Origin: Candidatus Binatia bacterium
GTDB taxonomy: Bacteria; Desulfobacterota; Binatia; Bin18
Direction: 5' to 3'
Assembly (NCBI GenBank): GCA_963666315.2
Contig: CAXXHG010000012.1
Location: forward strand, 1 to 40,886
DNA: 40,886 nt
In this document: piece after piece, positions 8,041 through 17,523 of the stretch
Layout: the number at the start of each line of letters is the position of its first letter
Numbering within the stretch: position 1 is the stretch's first letter
Notes under the pieces: model-generated
The model's database searches: none
Told to the model about the DNA's origin: nothing
What the model saw: the letters and a program-made list of their open reading frames with translations, nothing else
Made by a program: the position numbers and the translations under genes

Positions 8041-9891
8041 CTACCCTCCAGCTACGGAGATCGGTCCGTCCTGCCGACGCTTTGGCCGTAGATTCTGCGC
8101 CAAAATTTTCTTCCGGAGCCGAATCGACAGAGGCGTAACTTCGACCAGTTCACCCTCCGCAATCCATTCCAGAGCGTCTTCTAAGTCCATTTCTTTATAC
8201 GGAACAAGACGAACGGCTTCATCTCGACCAGCCGCTCGGACGTTGGTCAGTTTCTTCTCCCGGCACACATTCACATCCAAATCGTTGCCACCGGAGTTCT
8301 CTCCGACGACCATGCCTTCGTATACGGGCGTTCCAGCCGGAATGAAAAAGACCCCGCGCTCCTGCAAATGAAAGAGCGAGTACGGGGTTGCCGGGCCTTC
8401 ACGGTCGGCCACCAGGGCCCCGTTGATCCGGTTCGGGATTGCGCCTTGCCATGGGGCATAGCCGTTGAATAGCGCATTCATAATCCCCGTGCCACGCGTA
8501 TCAGTCAGAAAGTGCGAGCGAAAACCTATCAGTCCGCGCGAAGGGACGGAAAATTCTAGTCGCGCTCGACCCGACTCCGGCGGGTCCATTTTGGTCATCA
8601 CGCCTCGGCGCCGGGCCAGGAGCTGAGACACAACGCCAACGTAGTCTTCTTGGACATCGACCAGCAGTAGTTCCATCGGCTCCTGCATCTGACCGTCAAT
8701 TTCTTTGGCGATAACGGTAGGCTTGGAAACTTGCAGCTCAATCCCTTCTCGTCGCAGGATCTCAATCAGGATGGCTAATTGCAACTCACCCCGACCCATG
8801 ACCCGAAAGGTATCCGACGAGTCCGTTTCCTCCACACGCAGGCTGACGTTTTTATGCACTTCGGCTAGCAGTCGCTCGCGGATTTTACGCGACGTGACAT
8901 AGCGCCCTTCTCGTCCCGCCCAGGGTGCTGTGTTGACCCCAAAGATCATAGCAATGGTCGGTTCATCAATCGGTATCGTGGGGAGTGGAGTCGGATTTTC
9001 ACGATCCGAGATCGTCTCTCCAATTTGAATCTCTTCAATGCCAGCCACGGCGACAATATCTCCTGCTTGGGCGGCATCGATCTCGTGTCGTTTGAGCCCT
9101 TGCCAGCTGTACAGCTGCACGATTTTGCAGGGTGTTAGTGAGCCGTCGTCGCGGCACAGCGTATAGGATTCCGCAGCCTGGAGTTCGCCCTGGATAATCC
9201 GACCGATGGCGATACGCCCAACGTAGGCGTTGTAGTCAAGATTATTGACGTGGAACTGGACCGGACCATCCATAACGTAGGACGGACCGGGGAGGGCCGA
9301 GAGGATGAGGTCAAAGAGCGGATGCAGGTCCGCAGACTCTTCATCCAGGCTGCGTTTGGCAATGCCCGCACGTGCATTAGTATACACCACGGGAAATTCA
9401 AGCTGCTCGTCTGATGCGTCGAGATCAATAAACAGGTCGTAAATCTCATTCAGGACTTCGCTGATACGGGTGTCCGGTCGGTCGATCTTATTAATACACA
9501 CGATCGGCGGCAGCCCTGCTTCGAGCGCCTTTTTGAGCACGAAGCGCGTTTGCGGCAGCGGGCCTTCTGAGGCATCGACCAACAGCATCACCCCATCGAC
9601 CATGGCCAAGGAGCGTTCGACTTCTCCGCCAAAGTCGGCATGGCCGGGGGTATCCACAAAATTAATCTTCACCCCACCGTACGAGAGCGCAGCGTTCTTG
9701 GCTAAAATCGTGATGCCTCGTTCCCGCTCGAGAGCAAGCGAGTCCATCACGCGATCAACGATCTTTTCGTGTTCTTGAAAAGTCCCGCTTTGTTTGAGAA
9801 GCGCATCAATTAACGTTGTTTTACCGTGATCAACATGCGCAATGATAGCAACGTTTCGAATATCATCACGCCGGGGCGTACCGTTCTGCAA
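8041..9891 (-). CDS. typA: Translational GTPase TypA/BipA
   Basis: '[17 protein letters not shown]', '[14 protein letters not shown]', 'GRGELQL', '[11 protein letters not shown]'; TTG start with purine-rich SD. Confidence 0.97.
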   Translation of the reverse strand: MQNGTPRRDDIRNVAIIAHVDHGKTTLIDALLKQSGTFQEHEKIVDRVMDSLALERERGITILAKNAALSYGGVKINFVDTPGHADFGGEVERSLAMVDGVMLLVDASEGPLPQTRFVLKKALEAGLPPIVCINKIDRPDTRISEVLNEIYDLFIDLDASDEQLEFPVVYTNARAGIAKRSLDEESADLHPLFDLILSALPGPSYVMDGPVQFHVNNLDYNAYVGRIAIGRIIQGELQAAESYTLCRDDGSLTPCKIVQLYSWQGLKRHEIDAAQAGDIVAVAGIEEIQIGETISDRENPTPLPTIPIDEPTIAMIFGVNTAPWAGREGRYVTSRKIRERLLAEVHKNVSLRVEETDSSDTFRVMGRGELQLAILIEILRREGIELQVSKPTVIAKEIDGQMQEPMELLLVDVQEDYVGVVSQLLARRRGVMTKMDPPESGRARLEFSVPSRGLIGFRSHFLTDTRGTGIMNALFNGYAPWQGAIPNRINGALVADREGPATPYSLFHLQERGVFFIPAGTPVYEGMVVGENSGGNDLDVNVCREKKLTNVRAAGRDEAVRLVPYKEMDLEDALEWIAEGELVEVTPLSIRLRKKILAQNLRPKRRQDGPISVAGG

Positions 9892-9904
9892 AATCTCTTC
9901 CTCC

Positions 9905-10677
9905 CTATACCATGTATTTTACCATACCGTCGTCGACGTCGTAGGCGGATCCGGTGATAAAACTCGCCTGCTCTGAGGCCAGGAACGTCACTAGGCTGGC
10001 GATTCCTTCAGGGCGACCAAAACGACCGAGGGGGATATTGGCCTGGGCAAACTCCTCGATCATGCCGTCTGGGTCTTCCGGATTAATCATCTTTGCCGCG
10101 TTCTCCCACAACGGAGTCCGAACCGGACCAGGGCATACGGCATTAACCAGGACGTTGTCCTTAGCCAATTCATCAGCCAGTGTCTTGGTGAGACTAATCA
10201 CTGCGGCCTTGGTCGCATTATAATCAATCATGCCACCACCGGGCTGCTTGCCAAAGATCGAAGAGATATTGATGATCCGTCCCCAATGCTGCTGCCGCAT
10301 ATGTGGCAGGGCTAACCGCGAGCAGCGCAGCACGCTAAAGAGGTTCACATCAATATTCTCTTGCCACGCCTCATCCGACAGGTCGAGCAACTGGCTCAAA
10401 TGCGTCCTGCCAGCGTTATTCACCAGGATATCGATCCGCCCATAGCGCTCTAGGGTTTGGGCAAAGACTTTTTCGATGTCCGCCAGTTGCGTCATATCGC
10501 CTGCATGGCCAGCAAGTCCGAGCCGAGCGCTTGTACCGCCTAGTCCAACTGTTCCTGGTTGCGGGCACAGATCGCAACCTTTGCTCCTTCTTTGCTGAAA
10601 CTCTCCGCAATTGCTCAGCTAATGCCATAGCTCGCTCCGGTAATAATAGCGACGCGGTCCTGTAGACCAAAATCCAT
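9905..10677 (-). pseudogene. SDR (3-oxoacyl-ACP reductase-like) oxidoreductase pseudogene
   Basis: From ATG 10677 (AGGAGG SD): MDFGLQDRVAIITGASYGIS*AIAE...EQLD*AVQALG. Stops are at 10617-10615 (TGA) and 10542-10540 (TAG), then a frameshift near 10500 leads into the NNAG/YxxxK-containing 9905..10495 ORF. Confidence 0.92.
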
Positions 10678-10765
10678 ACTCCCCTCCTACAAATGAGTCC
10701 GCCTATTTTCCCGGCATTCCGCCTTATGTCAAGAGAGGAACAGCGGAAAAGCGGTTATTTTTATC

Positions 10766-10792
10766 TATAGCCCCCTCTTTCTTTGCCGATTT
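10766..10792 (+). promoter_or_regulatory. Possible sigma28 (FliA)-type promoter
   Basis: TATA-N15-GCCGATTT versus consensus TAAA-N15-GCCGATAA, just upstream of the SprA-related gene. Confidence 0.4.
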
Positions 10793-10802
10793 TTCTCATG
10801 AC

Positions 10803-11741
10803 ATGTCGACCGCAGTGAAGTTTCTCTCTCCTGCTAGCGGGACATCCCGGTACGACGGGTATAGCGCCTCTACTCAGAATAGCCCTATTGGACATGACCA
10901 TACGCACGTTGCTGGCAACTGCCCATTTTGCCGCCAGCAGTCTGAAAACTTTTCCGCTTCAAGGCCGAATTTGCCGGGAACACAAGAAGCTGAGAGCACC
11001 ACTCGCGTCACCCTGGGCCCTGAAGCACGAACACTTGCCGGCCCCCGCTCCCCAACTGCACGAGATCAAACTGCGCAAACTGGAGAAAATGCCTCTCAGG
11101 ACCAGTCTTCTCCTGCTGAGCCTATAGCCGGGGCGATCCCATCGGTACAGCAGCCAGAACAGCACAATGGTCAAAGTGGCCCAGATGGGTTGACGGCAGA
11201 AGAACAACGCCAGGTCGAAGAGCTCAAGCAGCGTGATAGAACAGTGCGGGCTCACGAACAAGCCCTCCTCGCCGCAGCCGGCCAATATGCAAGCGGGGGG
11301 CCCAATTTTTCCTATCAACGCGGGCATGACGGAGCGCAGTATGCCGGTGGCGGAGAGGTTCCGATCGACCTCAGTCCGGTACCGGGCGACCCCCAAGCCA
11401 CAATACAAAAAGCATTGAACATTCAACGGGCTGCACTCGCCCCAGCCGATCCATCCAGTGCGGACCGTCAGATTGCCGCCCGCGCCGCAGCAATGACGGC
11501 ACAAGCTCGCCAAGAACTCTCTCAGCAGGGTCAAGAATCCGACACAGCCAATATTCCTCCTCCCCAGGCTAGGAATGCTGACTTAGCCCAGGTCTCCTCA
11601 ACCGAACCCACTTCAGCCCAACTCGCTGAAAACACCGCCTATTCTCCACGAAAGACGTTTCTTGTCTTGGCTGTCTATACACAGCCGAATGCTCAGTTTC
11701 TACCTTTAGCCCAGCAGCCCTCCCTCAGCATCGTTGCCTAA
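10803..11741 (+). CDS. SprA-related (putative metalloprotease) family protein
   Basis: 'LKQRDRTVRAHEQA', 'GGEVPID', 'TIQKA..IQRAALAPADPSSADRQIAA' core with low-complexity flanks. Start uncertain. Confidence 0.85.
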   Translation: MSTAVKFLSPASGTSRYDGYSASTQNSPIGHDHTHVAGNCPFCRQQSENFSASRPNLPGTQEAESTTRVTLGPEARTLAGPRSPTARDQTAQTGENASQDQSSPAEPIAGAIPSVQQPEQHNGQSGPDGLTAEEQRQVEELKQRDRTVRAHEQALLAAAGQYASGGPNFSYQRGHDGAQYAGGGEVPIDLSPVPGDPQATIQKALNIQRAALAPADPSSADRQIAARAAAMTAQARQELSQQGQESDTANIPPPQARNADLAQVSSTEPTSAQLAENTAYSPRKTFLVLAVYTQPNAQFLPLAQQPSLSIVA

Positions 11742-11781
11742 TCGCTGCTGAGATGCTCAGAGCCCTACGGCCCCACAAGTC

Positions 11782-11797
11782 TGGCAAGCTCTTTGCT
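11782..11797 (+). promoter_or_regulatory. sigma54-type -24/-12 promoter
   Basis: TGGCAAG-CTCT-TTGCT with exact GG-N10-GC spacing, about 50 nt upstream of an AAGGAG SD and ATG 11847. Confidence 0.6.
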
Positions 11798-11846
11798 CTA
11801 TCTCTTGGCTGGCAAGAAGTTTTGTTCAGGAAAAGGAGCTGGGTTT

Positions 11847-12245
11847 ATGCAACAGCAGAAAGCGACAACGGCCCGCAGGACGAATCCGAAAGTCGCCGCC
11901 AAGGGAGAGCGTTTCCCAAAAAAGACACCGCCACGTGTCATGCGGCCGCGAAAGATCAAAACCTCAAATGGCCCAACCTTTATCCCCTGTGCACTGATGG
12001 GGCCAGACGGACAGGAACGTCCAGGCTAGGAACTCTGGGTTCGCGAGGTAATGTTTGGGAGAGCAGACTCAAAAGAGAGCCTCACCGCATACTACACACA
12101 CTTGCAAGAGCCGATGCCGAGTGGCCATTGGCGCAACCGCCCCATGCATCGCCCACAACGTAACGCAGTTGCACGTCAAGCGCAGAAAGAGCACGATGAG
12201 TACGAAGTCGTGGAGGAGCAGGAAAGTGCTCTGGCCGAGGTGTGA
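11847..12245 (+). pseudogene. Hypothetical 132-codon gene interrupted by one in-frame TAG
   Basis: Strong SD and ATG 11847. The frame continues through TAG 12027-12029 (...GQERPG*ELWVREVMFGRADS...) to TGA 12245; the two track ORFs 11793..12029 and 12051..12245 share this frame. Confidence 0.55.
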
Positions 12246-12262
12246 GAGCAAGTCGTGTCTTC

Positions 12263-13015
12263 ATGCTGAAAGCAGTCTTTTTTGACTTTGACGGAACACT
12301 GGCCGACGATGGAGCAACGATTGATCAAGCCCTTGACCGTGCCAGTGCGGTTGTCTGTGCGCGCTGGCCCGGGATCAACGCGAGTGCGCTTGCATCGACC
12401 TACCGCAAGATCTCTGATCGGGCATGGAGCGATTGTGATCGCTCCTTACGCCCCCTCGCCTCACCTGAGGCCATGCTGACGGCACTCTGGAAACACACGC
12501 TGGAGCATTTTGGTTACCACGACACGGCAGTAGAACATGCAGCTGCCAACACCTACTGGCAGCTGCGTTTACAAAACTGCACGCCATATACTGACGTTCT
12601 GCCGCTCCTGGCTGAATTAGGACAGTCCTTTCATCTCAGCCTGCTCACGAACGGTGCGCCTAGCATGCAACGAGCAAAAGTCCAGGCCGCAGGTATCGAC
12701 TCATTTTTTCAACACATTTTTGTGGGTGGTGAGTTCGCTCAGGGTAAGCCCGCGGCCCTGATTTTTACGGCCGCACTCCAGGCGGCCGTCTGTCGCCCGG
12801 AAGAGGCAGTCCACATCGGAGATTCCCTCTGGCACGATGTTGCAGGTGCCCAAAAAAGTGGAATCCATACCGTATGGCTCAACCGTAAGGACCACCCCAG
12901 ACAAGAGCAGGTACAAGATCGTGCCCAAGACGTCTCAGACAGTTCTCCACAGCCAGACTTTGAAATTGTGAGTTTGACAGATCTGCCTGCGTGTCTGGAC
13001 CATCTCCAGCGCTGA
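12263..13015 (+). CDS. HAD family hydrolase
   Basis: 'FFDFDGTL', 'LLTNG', 'GKP', 'HIGDSLWHDVAGA' motifs. Confidence 0.92.
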   Translation: MLKAVFFDFDGTLADDGATIDQALDRASAVVCARWPGINASALASTYRKISDRAWSDCDRSLRPLASPEAMLTALWKHTLEHFGYHDTAVEHAAANTYWQLRLQNCTPYTDVLPLLAELGQSFHLSLLTNGAPSMQRAKVQAAGIDSFFQHIFVGGEFAQGKPAALIFTAALQAAVCRPEEAVHIGDSLWHDVAGAQKSGIHTVWLNRKDHPRQEQVQDRAQDVSDSSPQPDFEIVSLTDLPACLDHLQR

Positions 13016-13116
13016 GTGCTTGCGCCAGTGACGGACTCTCCCAGATTTTTCTCCTTGCCCTTGTCTGAATGTCACCGCACTGATAGCTGATGCGGAGCTA
13101 CTCAGAAGGAAAAGGC

Positions 13117-13695
13117 ATGGAAGAAAAATCCTCTACGATCCTGCTATTCAATTACTACCGCGACGCGGAACTGCGGAGTGCAGACTTGACCCTGCGCCTG
13201 ATCAATAAGGCGGAAAACCTGAACATTCAGGAAAAATTGGCACGCCATTTGGCCGATGCGACCAATCATGCCTGGCTCTGGACCGAGCGTATTGGTGCGC
13301 TGGGAGGCCAACCGACCCGTATAAACACAGGATATCATCGCCAACTGCGGCGTAAAGTCGGTCTCCCCGCAAATCTCTTAGAGCTATTGGCACTCATGTG
13401 TGTAGTCGAAGAGCGGGCCCGCAAGCGCTACGAAGAGCATGCCGCTCGGTCGGATGTAGCGCCAGAAACACTCGAGATTCTGAACGAGATGCGAGCGGAC
13501 GAGGAAGCCCATCTGGCCTGGATTACCGAAAAGCTCACAGAGCTGGGAGCGAAAGAGGGCCAGGAAAAAGTGACGGCTGAGCTGCAGCGCTATCGAGTGA
13601 TAGAAGCGACTGTTTTTGCTGACACGCAACACGAGGAACAGCCGACCCTAGCAGAGGTTGCGCAAGATAAGGCGCAGAAGACGCAGCAGGTTTGA
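13117..13695 (+). CDS. Ferritin-like four-helix bundle protein
   Basis: Helical protein with 'RDAE', 'HLADATNHAWLW', 'VEERA' and 'DEEAH' ligand pattern. Confidence 0.75.
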   Translation: MEEKSSTILLFNYYRDAELRSADLTLRLINKAENLNIQEKLARHLADATNHAWLWTERIGALGGQPTRINTGYHRQLRRKVGLPANLLELLALMCVVEERARKRYEEHAARSDVAPETLEILNEMRADEEAHLAWITEKLTELGAKEGQEKVTAELQRYRVIEATVFADTQHEEQPTLAEVAQDKAQKTQQV

Positions 13696-13705
13696 CGCTA
13701 ACTTC

Positions 13706-15298
13706 TTAGATCTTCTTTTTTTGCTTGGCAACGTAGTCTACCAGCAAATATTCCCCAAGATTATCCGGGCGGGTGTAAAAGGCACGGCCACGATTCAGCT
13801 TGGTCATTTTGTCCACAAATGACCGCAGACTGGGACTATCGTCCAACATAAAGGTGTTGATAATCACCCCGCGCTTGGTCACTTTTTCGACTTCTCGTAG
13901 CGTTTCCTGCGCAGCCCGCATACTGATTCCACCAAAAGAGAGCGGCCACTCACAGTAGAGCCGTCCGTGCGAAAAATATGCGGTCGGCTGCCCGTCGGTA
14001 ACAACGATAAGCTGTTGGTTATTGCTGGGATGGCGATGCAGAAGTTCCCCGGCCAGGCGGAGGCCGTCCTGCAGATTGGTGAACGGATCACCCATATTCC
14101 AACTCGCCTCAGGCAAGTCTTTGATCTTGAGTTCCACTGCACGCGTGTAAAAGCCCACAATGGTGAAATAGTCGCGTGGATAGCGCGTCCGAATTAAGCT
14201 CTCAAGCGCCAGCGCGACTTTCTTTGCCGCGGCGAATCGTCCCTCCCAGCTCATTGACCAACTCATATCTAACAAGAGCACGGTAGACGTTGTCGTTGCG
14301 TGGTCCGTATCAAATATCGTAAAGTCGTCCGGCTGTATTGACAGCGGTACCCCAGAGCCACGCAGCACGGACTTCTTCAGCGTCCCGACCAGATCAAGAT
14401 GCATCGGATCGCCATATTGATAGGGTCGCGTTTCGTCGATTTTAATCTCGGCAACACCCCGGTGGTCTGCGGCATGCGATCCCGTCCGGTCACGGAGGAG
14501 GTTCGTATAAATATCCTGCAATGCAAGCTGGCCAATACGACGTATACCCTTGGGCGACAACTGCACGCGCCCTTCTCTCGGGACGAGAAATCCGGCTTCT
14601 TCCAAGAGGGACTGCATCTGTTGGAGATTCTGAAAATCCTGATTTGCAGCCTGCCCCATCAGCTCTTGGAGCTGGTTGGGGTCTATCTTATCCGGGTGCC
14701 CAGACAGGAGGTTTTGCTCCATCTCTTGGAGTTGCTGCATCTCCTTCATCAGTTCCAGGGCCTCCTGATAACTCAGCGAACGCGGGCCGTTAAAAAGATC
14801 GTCGAAGCGGCGCTGAAAGTCCCCAAGCGACTGGATGTTGTCAAACTCCTGCATCAGCTCATCAAAGGCGGCCTGGGCTGCCTTGTCTTCGAAGGAGTAG
14901 GTCGACAACTTCTCCATTTTATCGCTCAGACGCTGAGGCAACTGCTGGAGAAAGCGCTCCTTTTCTTCGAGTTCGGGCCGCTGCGGGCGCTGCTGCGCAA
15001 GTGTGCCTTGCTCTTGATTGAGAATGGCCTCAAGACGCTCCTGCATCTCGTCCAGCGAGGAGCGCATATTGGCCTCACGATAGCGCTTGCGCATCTCTTC
15101 GCGCAGGTCTCGGACGAGGTCGTCGAGGCCCTTGAGTTTGTTGTCTTCATCCTCCAAGCCCTGCCGCATGAGCTGCTCGAGGGCCTGCTGCATATCATCG
15201 GTCGATGAGAGGTATTTGGCCAGTTCTGCGAAAATACGGTCGGCAGACAGTCGGACGCGCTGGCTGCCATCCCATTCGGTATAACGAATTGTGACCAT
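13706..15298 (-). CDS. vWA domain protein (partner of ChlI/MoxR-like ATPase)
   Basis: N-terminal 'RYTEWDGSQ', coiled region, MIDAS 'DMSWS', 'TNLQDGL', 'VTDGQPT'. Confidence 0.88.
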   Translation of the reverse strand: MVTIRYTEWDGSQRVRLSADRIFAELAKYLSSTDDMQQALEQLMRQGLEDEDNKLKGLDDLVRDLREEMRKRYREANMRSSLDEMQERLEAILNQEQGTLAQQRPQRPELEEKERFLQQLPQRLSDKMEKLSTYSFEDKAAQAAFDELMQEFDNIQSLGDFQRRFDDLFNGPRSLSYQEALELMKEMQQLQEMEQNLLSGHPDKIDPNQLQELMGQAANQDFQNLQQMQSLLEEAGFLVPREGRVQLSPKGIRRIGQLALQDIYTNLLRDRTGSHAADHRGVAEIKIDETRPYQYGDPMHLDLVGTLKKSVLRGSGVPLSIQPDDFTIFDTDHATTTSTVLLLDMSWSMSWEGRFAAAKKVALALESLIRTRYPRDYFTIVGFYTRAVELKIKDLPEASWNMGDPFTNLQDGLRLAGELLHRHPSNNQQLIVVTDGQPTAYFSHGRLYCEWPLSFGGISMRAAQETLREVEKVTKRGVIINTFMLDDSPSLRSFVDKMTKLNRGRAFYTRPDNLGEYLLVDYVAKQKKKI

Positions 15299-15316
15299 CT
15301 GGATCAAAGAGAGCGG

Positions 15317-16744
15317 CTAGGCGCGGTAGGTTTGCCGTCCGCCCGTACTCTCTTTGTTCAGCTTTTTATGTAGGTGGAGTCCCTCGAGAATAAATTCAGT
15401 TGCCGAGGAGAGGGAACTGGGGTGTTCGTCAACACCTAACGTCGTCAGGCTATCCCGCAGCCCTTCAATATTCTGCACGCCCTCAAGATACTCCTGCGCC
15501 GGCATCATATCAGACACCTCGACCCCACCACCATTCGAGAAATACTCGATGACGGGCTGTAAATTTTCTACCTTCAAATATTTGTCAAAAACCTTTTGGA
15601 CGGCGCGGTTCACCAAGCGCTCAATGAGGTCCTCATCCTTCTGCTCTTCGCCCATATATTCCAACTCGATTTTCCCCGCCGTTGAGGGATACAGGGCGTG
15701 CAGGTCACTAATGCGCGGGATCACCTGCTGCTCGCCGAGCCGGATGGCGCGCTTCTCCGCATTGCTCGTCACACTCTCAAAATTATTAATAGTCATCCGT
15801 ACGCTCACGCCGGATGCCTGGTTAATTTCACTCGAGTTACGGGCTTCCATGGTCAGCTGCGCACAGATTTCCTTTATAAACTGTGGCATGTGGAATATGA
15901 GGCCATCATGAGAAAACTGCGCGGCCTCTTGCTCCATAATCGAGATCTCCTCCTCAATAGAGCGTGGATAGTGGGTGCGAATCTGGACGTCGAAGCGATC
16001 CTTGAGCGGGGTAATAATACGCCCGCGACTGGTATAATCCTCGGGATTTGCGCTGGCGACAATGATCACATCAAGTGGCAGACGGACTTTAAAGCCTTTG
16101 ACCTGGAAATCTTTTTCTTCCATGAGGTTGAAGAGCCCAACTTGCACCTTCTCGGTCAAATCAGGCAATTCATTGACGGCAAAGATGCCCCGATTCGTAC
16201 GGGGGATTAGGCCATAGTGTATGGTCTCCTCATCCGCCAGATATCGTCCTTCGGCTACCTTGATCGGGTCAACCTCGCCAATGAGGTCCGCAATCGAGAC
16301 ATCCGGGGTCGCCAATTTCTCCCCGTAGCGTTCATCGCGTGAGAGCCAGTGGATTTCCAACGCATCACCGCGTTCTTGGGCCAATCGGCGGGCCTGGGGA
16401 GAAATGGGAGCCAGCGGGTTCTCTGGAATCTCAGCGTCCCGGATCGTTGGTATATAGTCATCTAACAATACCGTCAAGCCACGAATAATACGCGATTTGG
16501 CCTGGCCGCGCTCACCAAGAAAGACAATATGGTGCCCGGCCAGAACGGCGTTTTCTATCTCTGGAATAACGGTATCGTCGAAGCCGATAATGCCGGGTAA
16601 GAGCCGCTCCCCAGAAGAGAACATGCGTACCAAATTTGCCCGCATTTCTTCACGGATCGGAAGGACCTGGTAGTTCGTTTTCTTCAGGTCTCCAACAATC
16701 TGCACTTCATGGCGGAGGGTCTCAGTGGGAATCGTGTGTTGCAC
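15317..16744 (-). CDS. Mg-chelatase/ChlI-like AAA+ ATPase
   Basis: Walker A-like 'GERGQAKS', 'NELPDL', 'ASANPEDYTSRGRIITPLKDRF'; adjacent vWA gene. Confidence 0.88.
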   Translation of the reverse strand: MQHTIPTETLRHEVQIVGDLKKTNYQVLPIREEMRANLVRMFSSGERLLPGIIGFDDTVIPEIENAVLAGHHIVFLGERGQAKSRIIRGLTVLLDDYIPTIRDAEIPENPLAPISPQARRLAQERGDALEIHWLSRDERYGEKLATPDVSIADLIGEVDPIKVAEGRYLADEETIHYGLIPRTNRGIFAVNELPDLTEKVQVGLFNLMEEKDFQVKGFKVRLPLDVIIVASANPEDYTSRGRIITPLKDRFDVQIRTHYPRSIEEEISIMEQEAAQFSHDGLIFHMPQFIKEICAQLTMEARNSSEINQASGVSVRMTINNFESVTSNAEKRAIRLGEQQVIPRISDLHALYPSTAGKIELEYMGEEQKDEDLIERLVNRAVQKVFDKYLKVENLQPVIEYFSNGGGVEVSDMMPAQEYLEGVQNIEGLRDSLTTLGVDEHPSSLSSATEFILEGLHLHKKLNKESTGGRQTYRA

Positions 16745-17127
16745 GGTATCGCCTGCCTTTATTCAAAATCTTCCACTAACGGACCAGAGAGCCCGGCATC
16801 AATATGTCTCTGACGAGACACGCTGCCACTCCGCACCGCTGATGGTCGTGTCGATGCGCCCGTTCACCATAGGATTAGCCGATACACACCGCCACAGGGA
16901 AGGGTGCTACCGTGGGAAGGGCCGTATTCAAACGGAGGGGAATATTCCACGAGGACTGAGCGAATCTACCGCATCTGCTCAGTGTTTGTTTCGCATAGGG
17001 TGGAGTACGCGTCGTCTTCAGACAAGAAGTGAGGCAACTTCGCGTTGTCTCCCGAATCCGATGCGTACGCTCCCCCGGGGCACACAATTCTCCTTTTTCG
17101 TAGCCCTGCTTAACCGCCACACGCGCC

Positions 17128-17490
17128 TCAATTTAACTCGCCAGATCCTCCCGAGCTATCTCTTCCCGAACCAGCCTCTTGCACAATCTGCAGTTCGGCT
17201 GCTCCAGTGGATTGACCATCGACACGCAAGCGTAGCTCTTTCCCCACTTTGAAAAGAGGAACCTTTTTCGCTGCAACCGCAACAACTTCTCCCGTACGTG
17301 GGTTTCGCCCTTCACGCGCAGGACGGTGTTTCACGATAAAGCTGCCAAAGCCGCGGATCTCAATCCGTTCGGATTTGGCCAACGCCTCAGTCAGGCTGTC
17401 AAAGACGGCATTCACCATGACCTCAGCATCCCGCCGCGAAAAACGCGGGTAGTGTTGGGCCACCTCCCCAATCAAATCTCTCTTTGTCAC
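17128..17490 (-). CDS. ihfB: Integration host factor beta subunit
   Basis: 'MTKRDLI', 'RIEIRGFGSF', 'GRNPRTGE', 'FKVGKELR'; follows rpsA. Confidence 0.92.
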   Translation of the reverse strand: MTKRDLIGEVAQHYPRFSRRDAEVMVNAVFDSLTEALAKSERIEIRGFGSFIVKHRPAREGRNPRTGEVVAVAAKKVPLFKVGKELRLRVDGQSTGAAELQIVQEAGSGRDSSGGSGELN

Positions 17491-17523
17491 GCTTCCATCC
17501 TCCCCCTCAGGATAAGGCTTCGC

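Noticed and set aside
10540-10617. In-frame TGA and TAG in the SDR gene as selenocysteine, pyrrolysine or an alternative genetic code
   Set aside because: A frameshift is also present, and TGA and TAG end many intact genes in this window; a pseudogene is the simpler reading.
16745-17127. 380-bp gap with GCCACAGGGAAGG resembling part of a cobalamin riboswitch, plus short ORFs
   Set aside because: The other conserved riboswitch elements are missing, the strand does not fit a downstream gene, and the ORFs match nothing I recognise.
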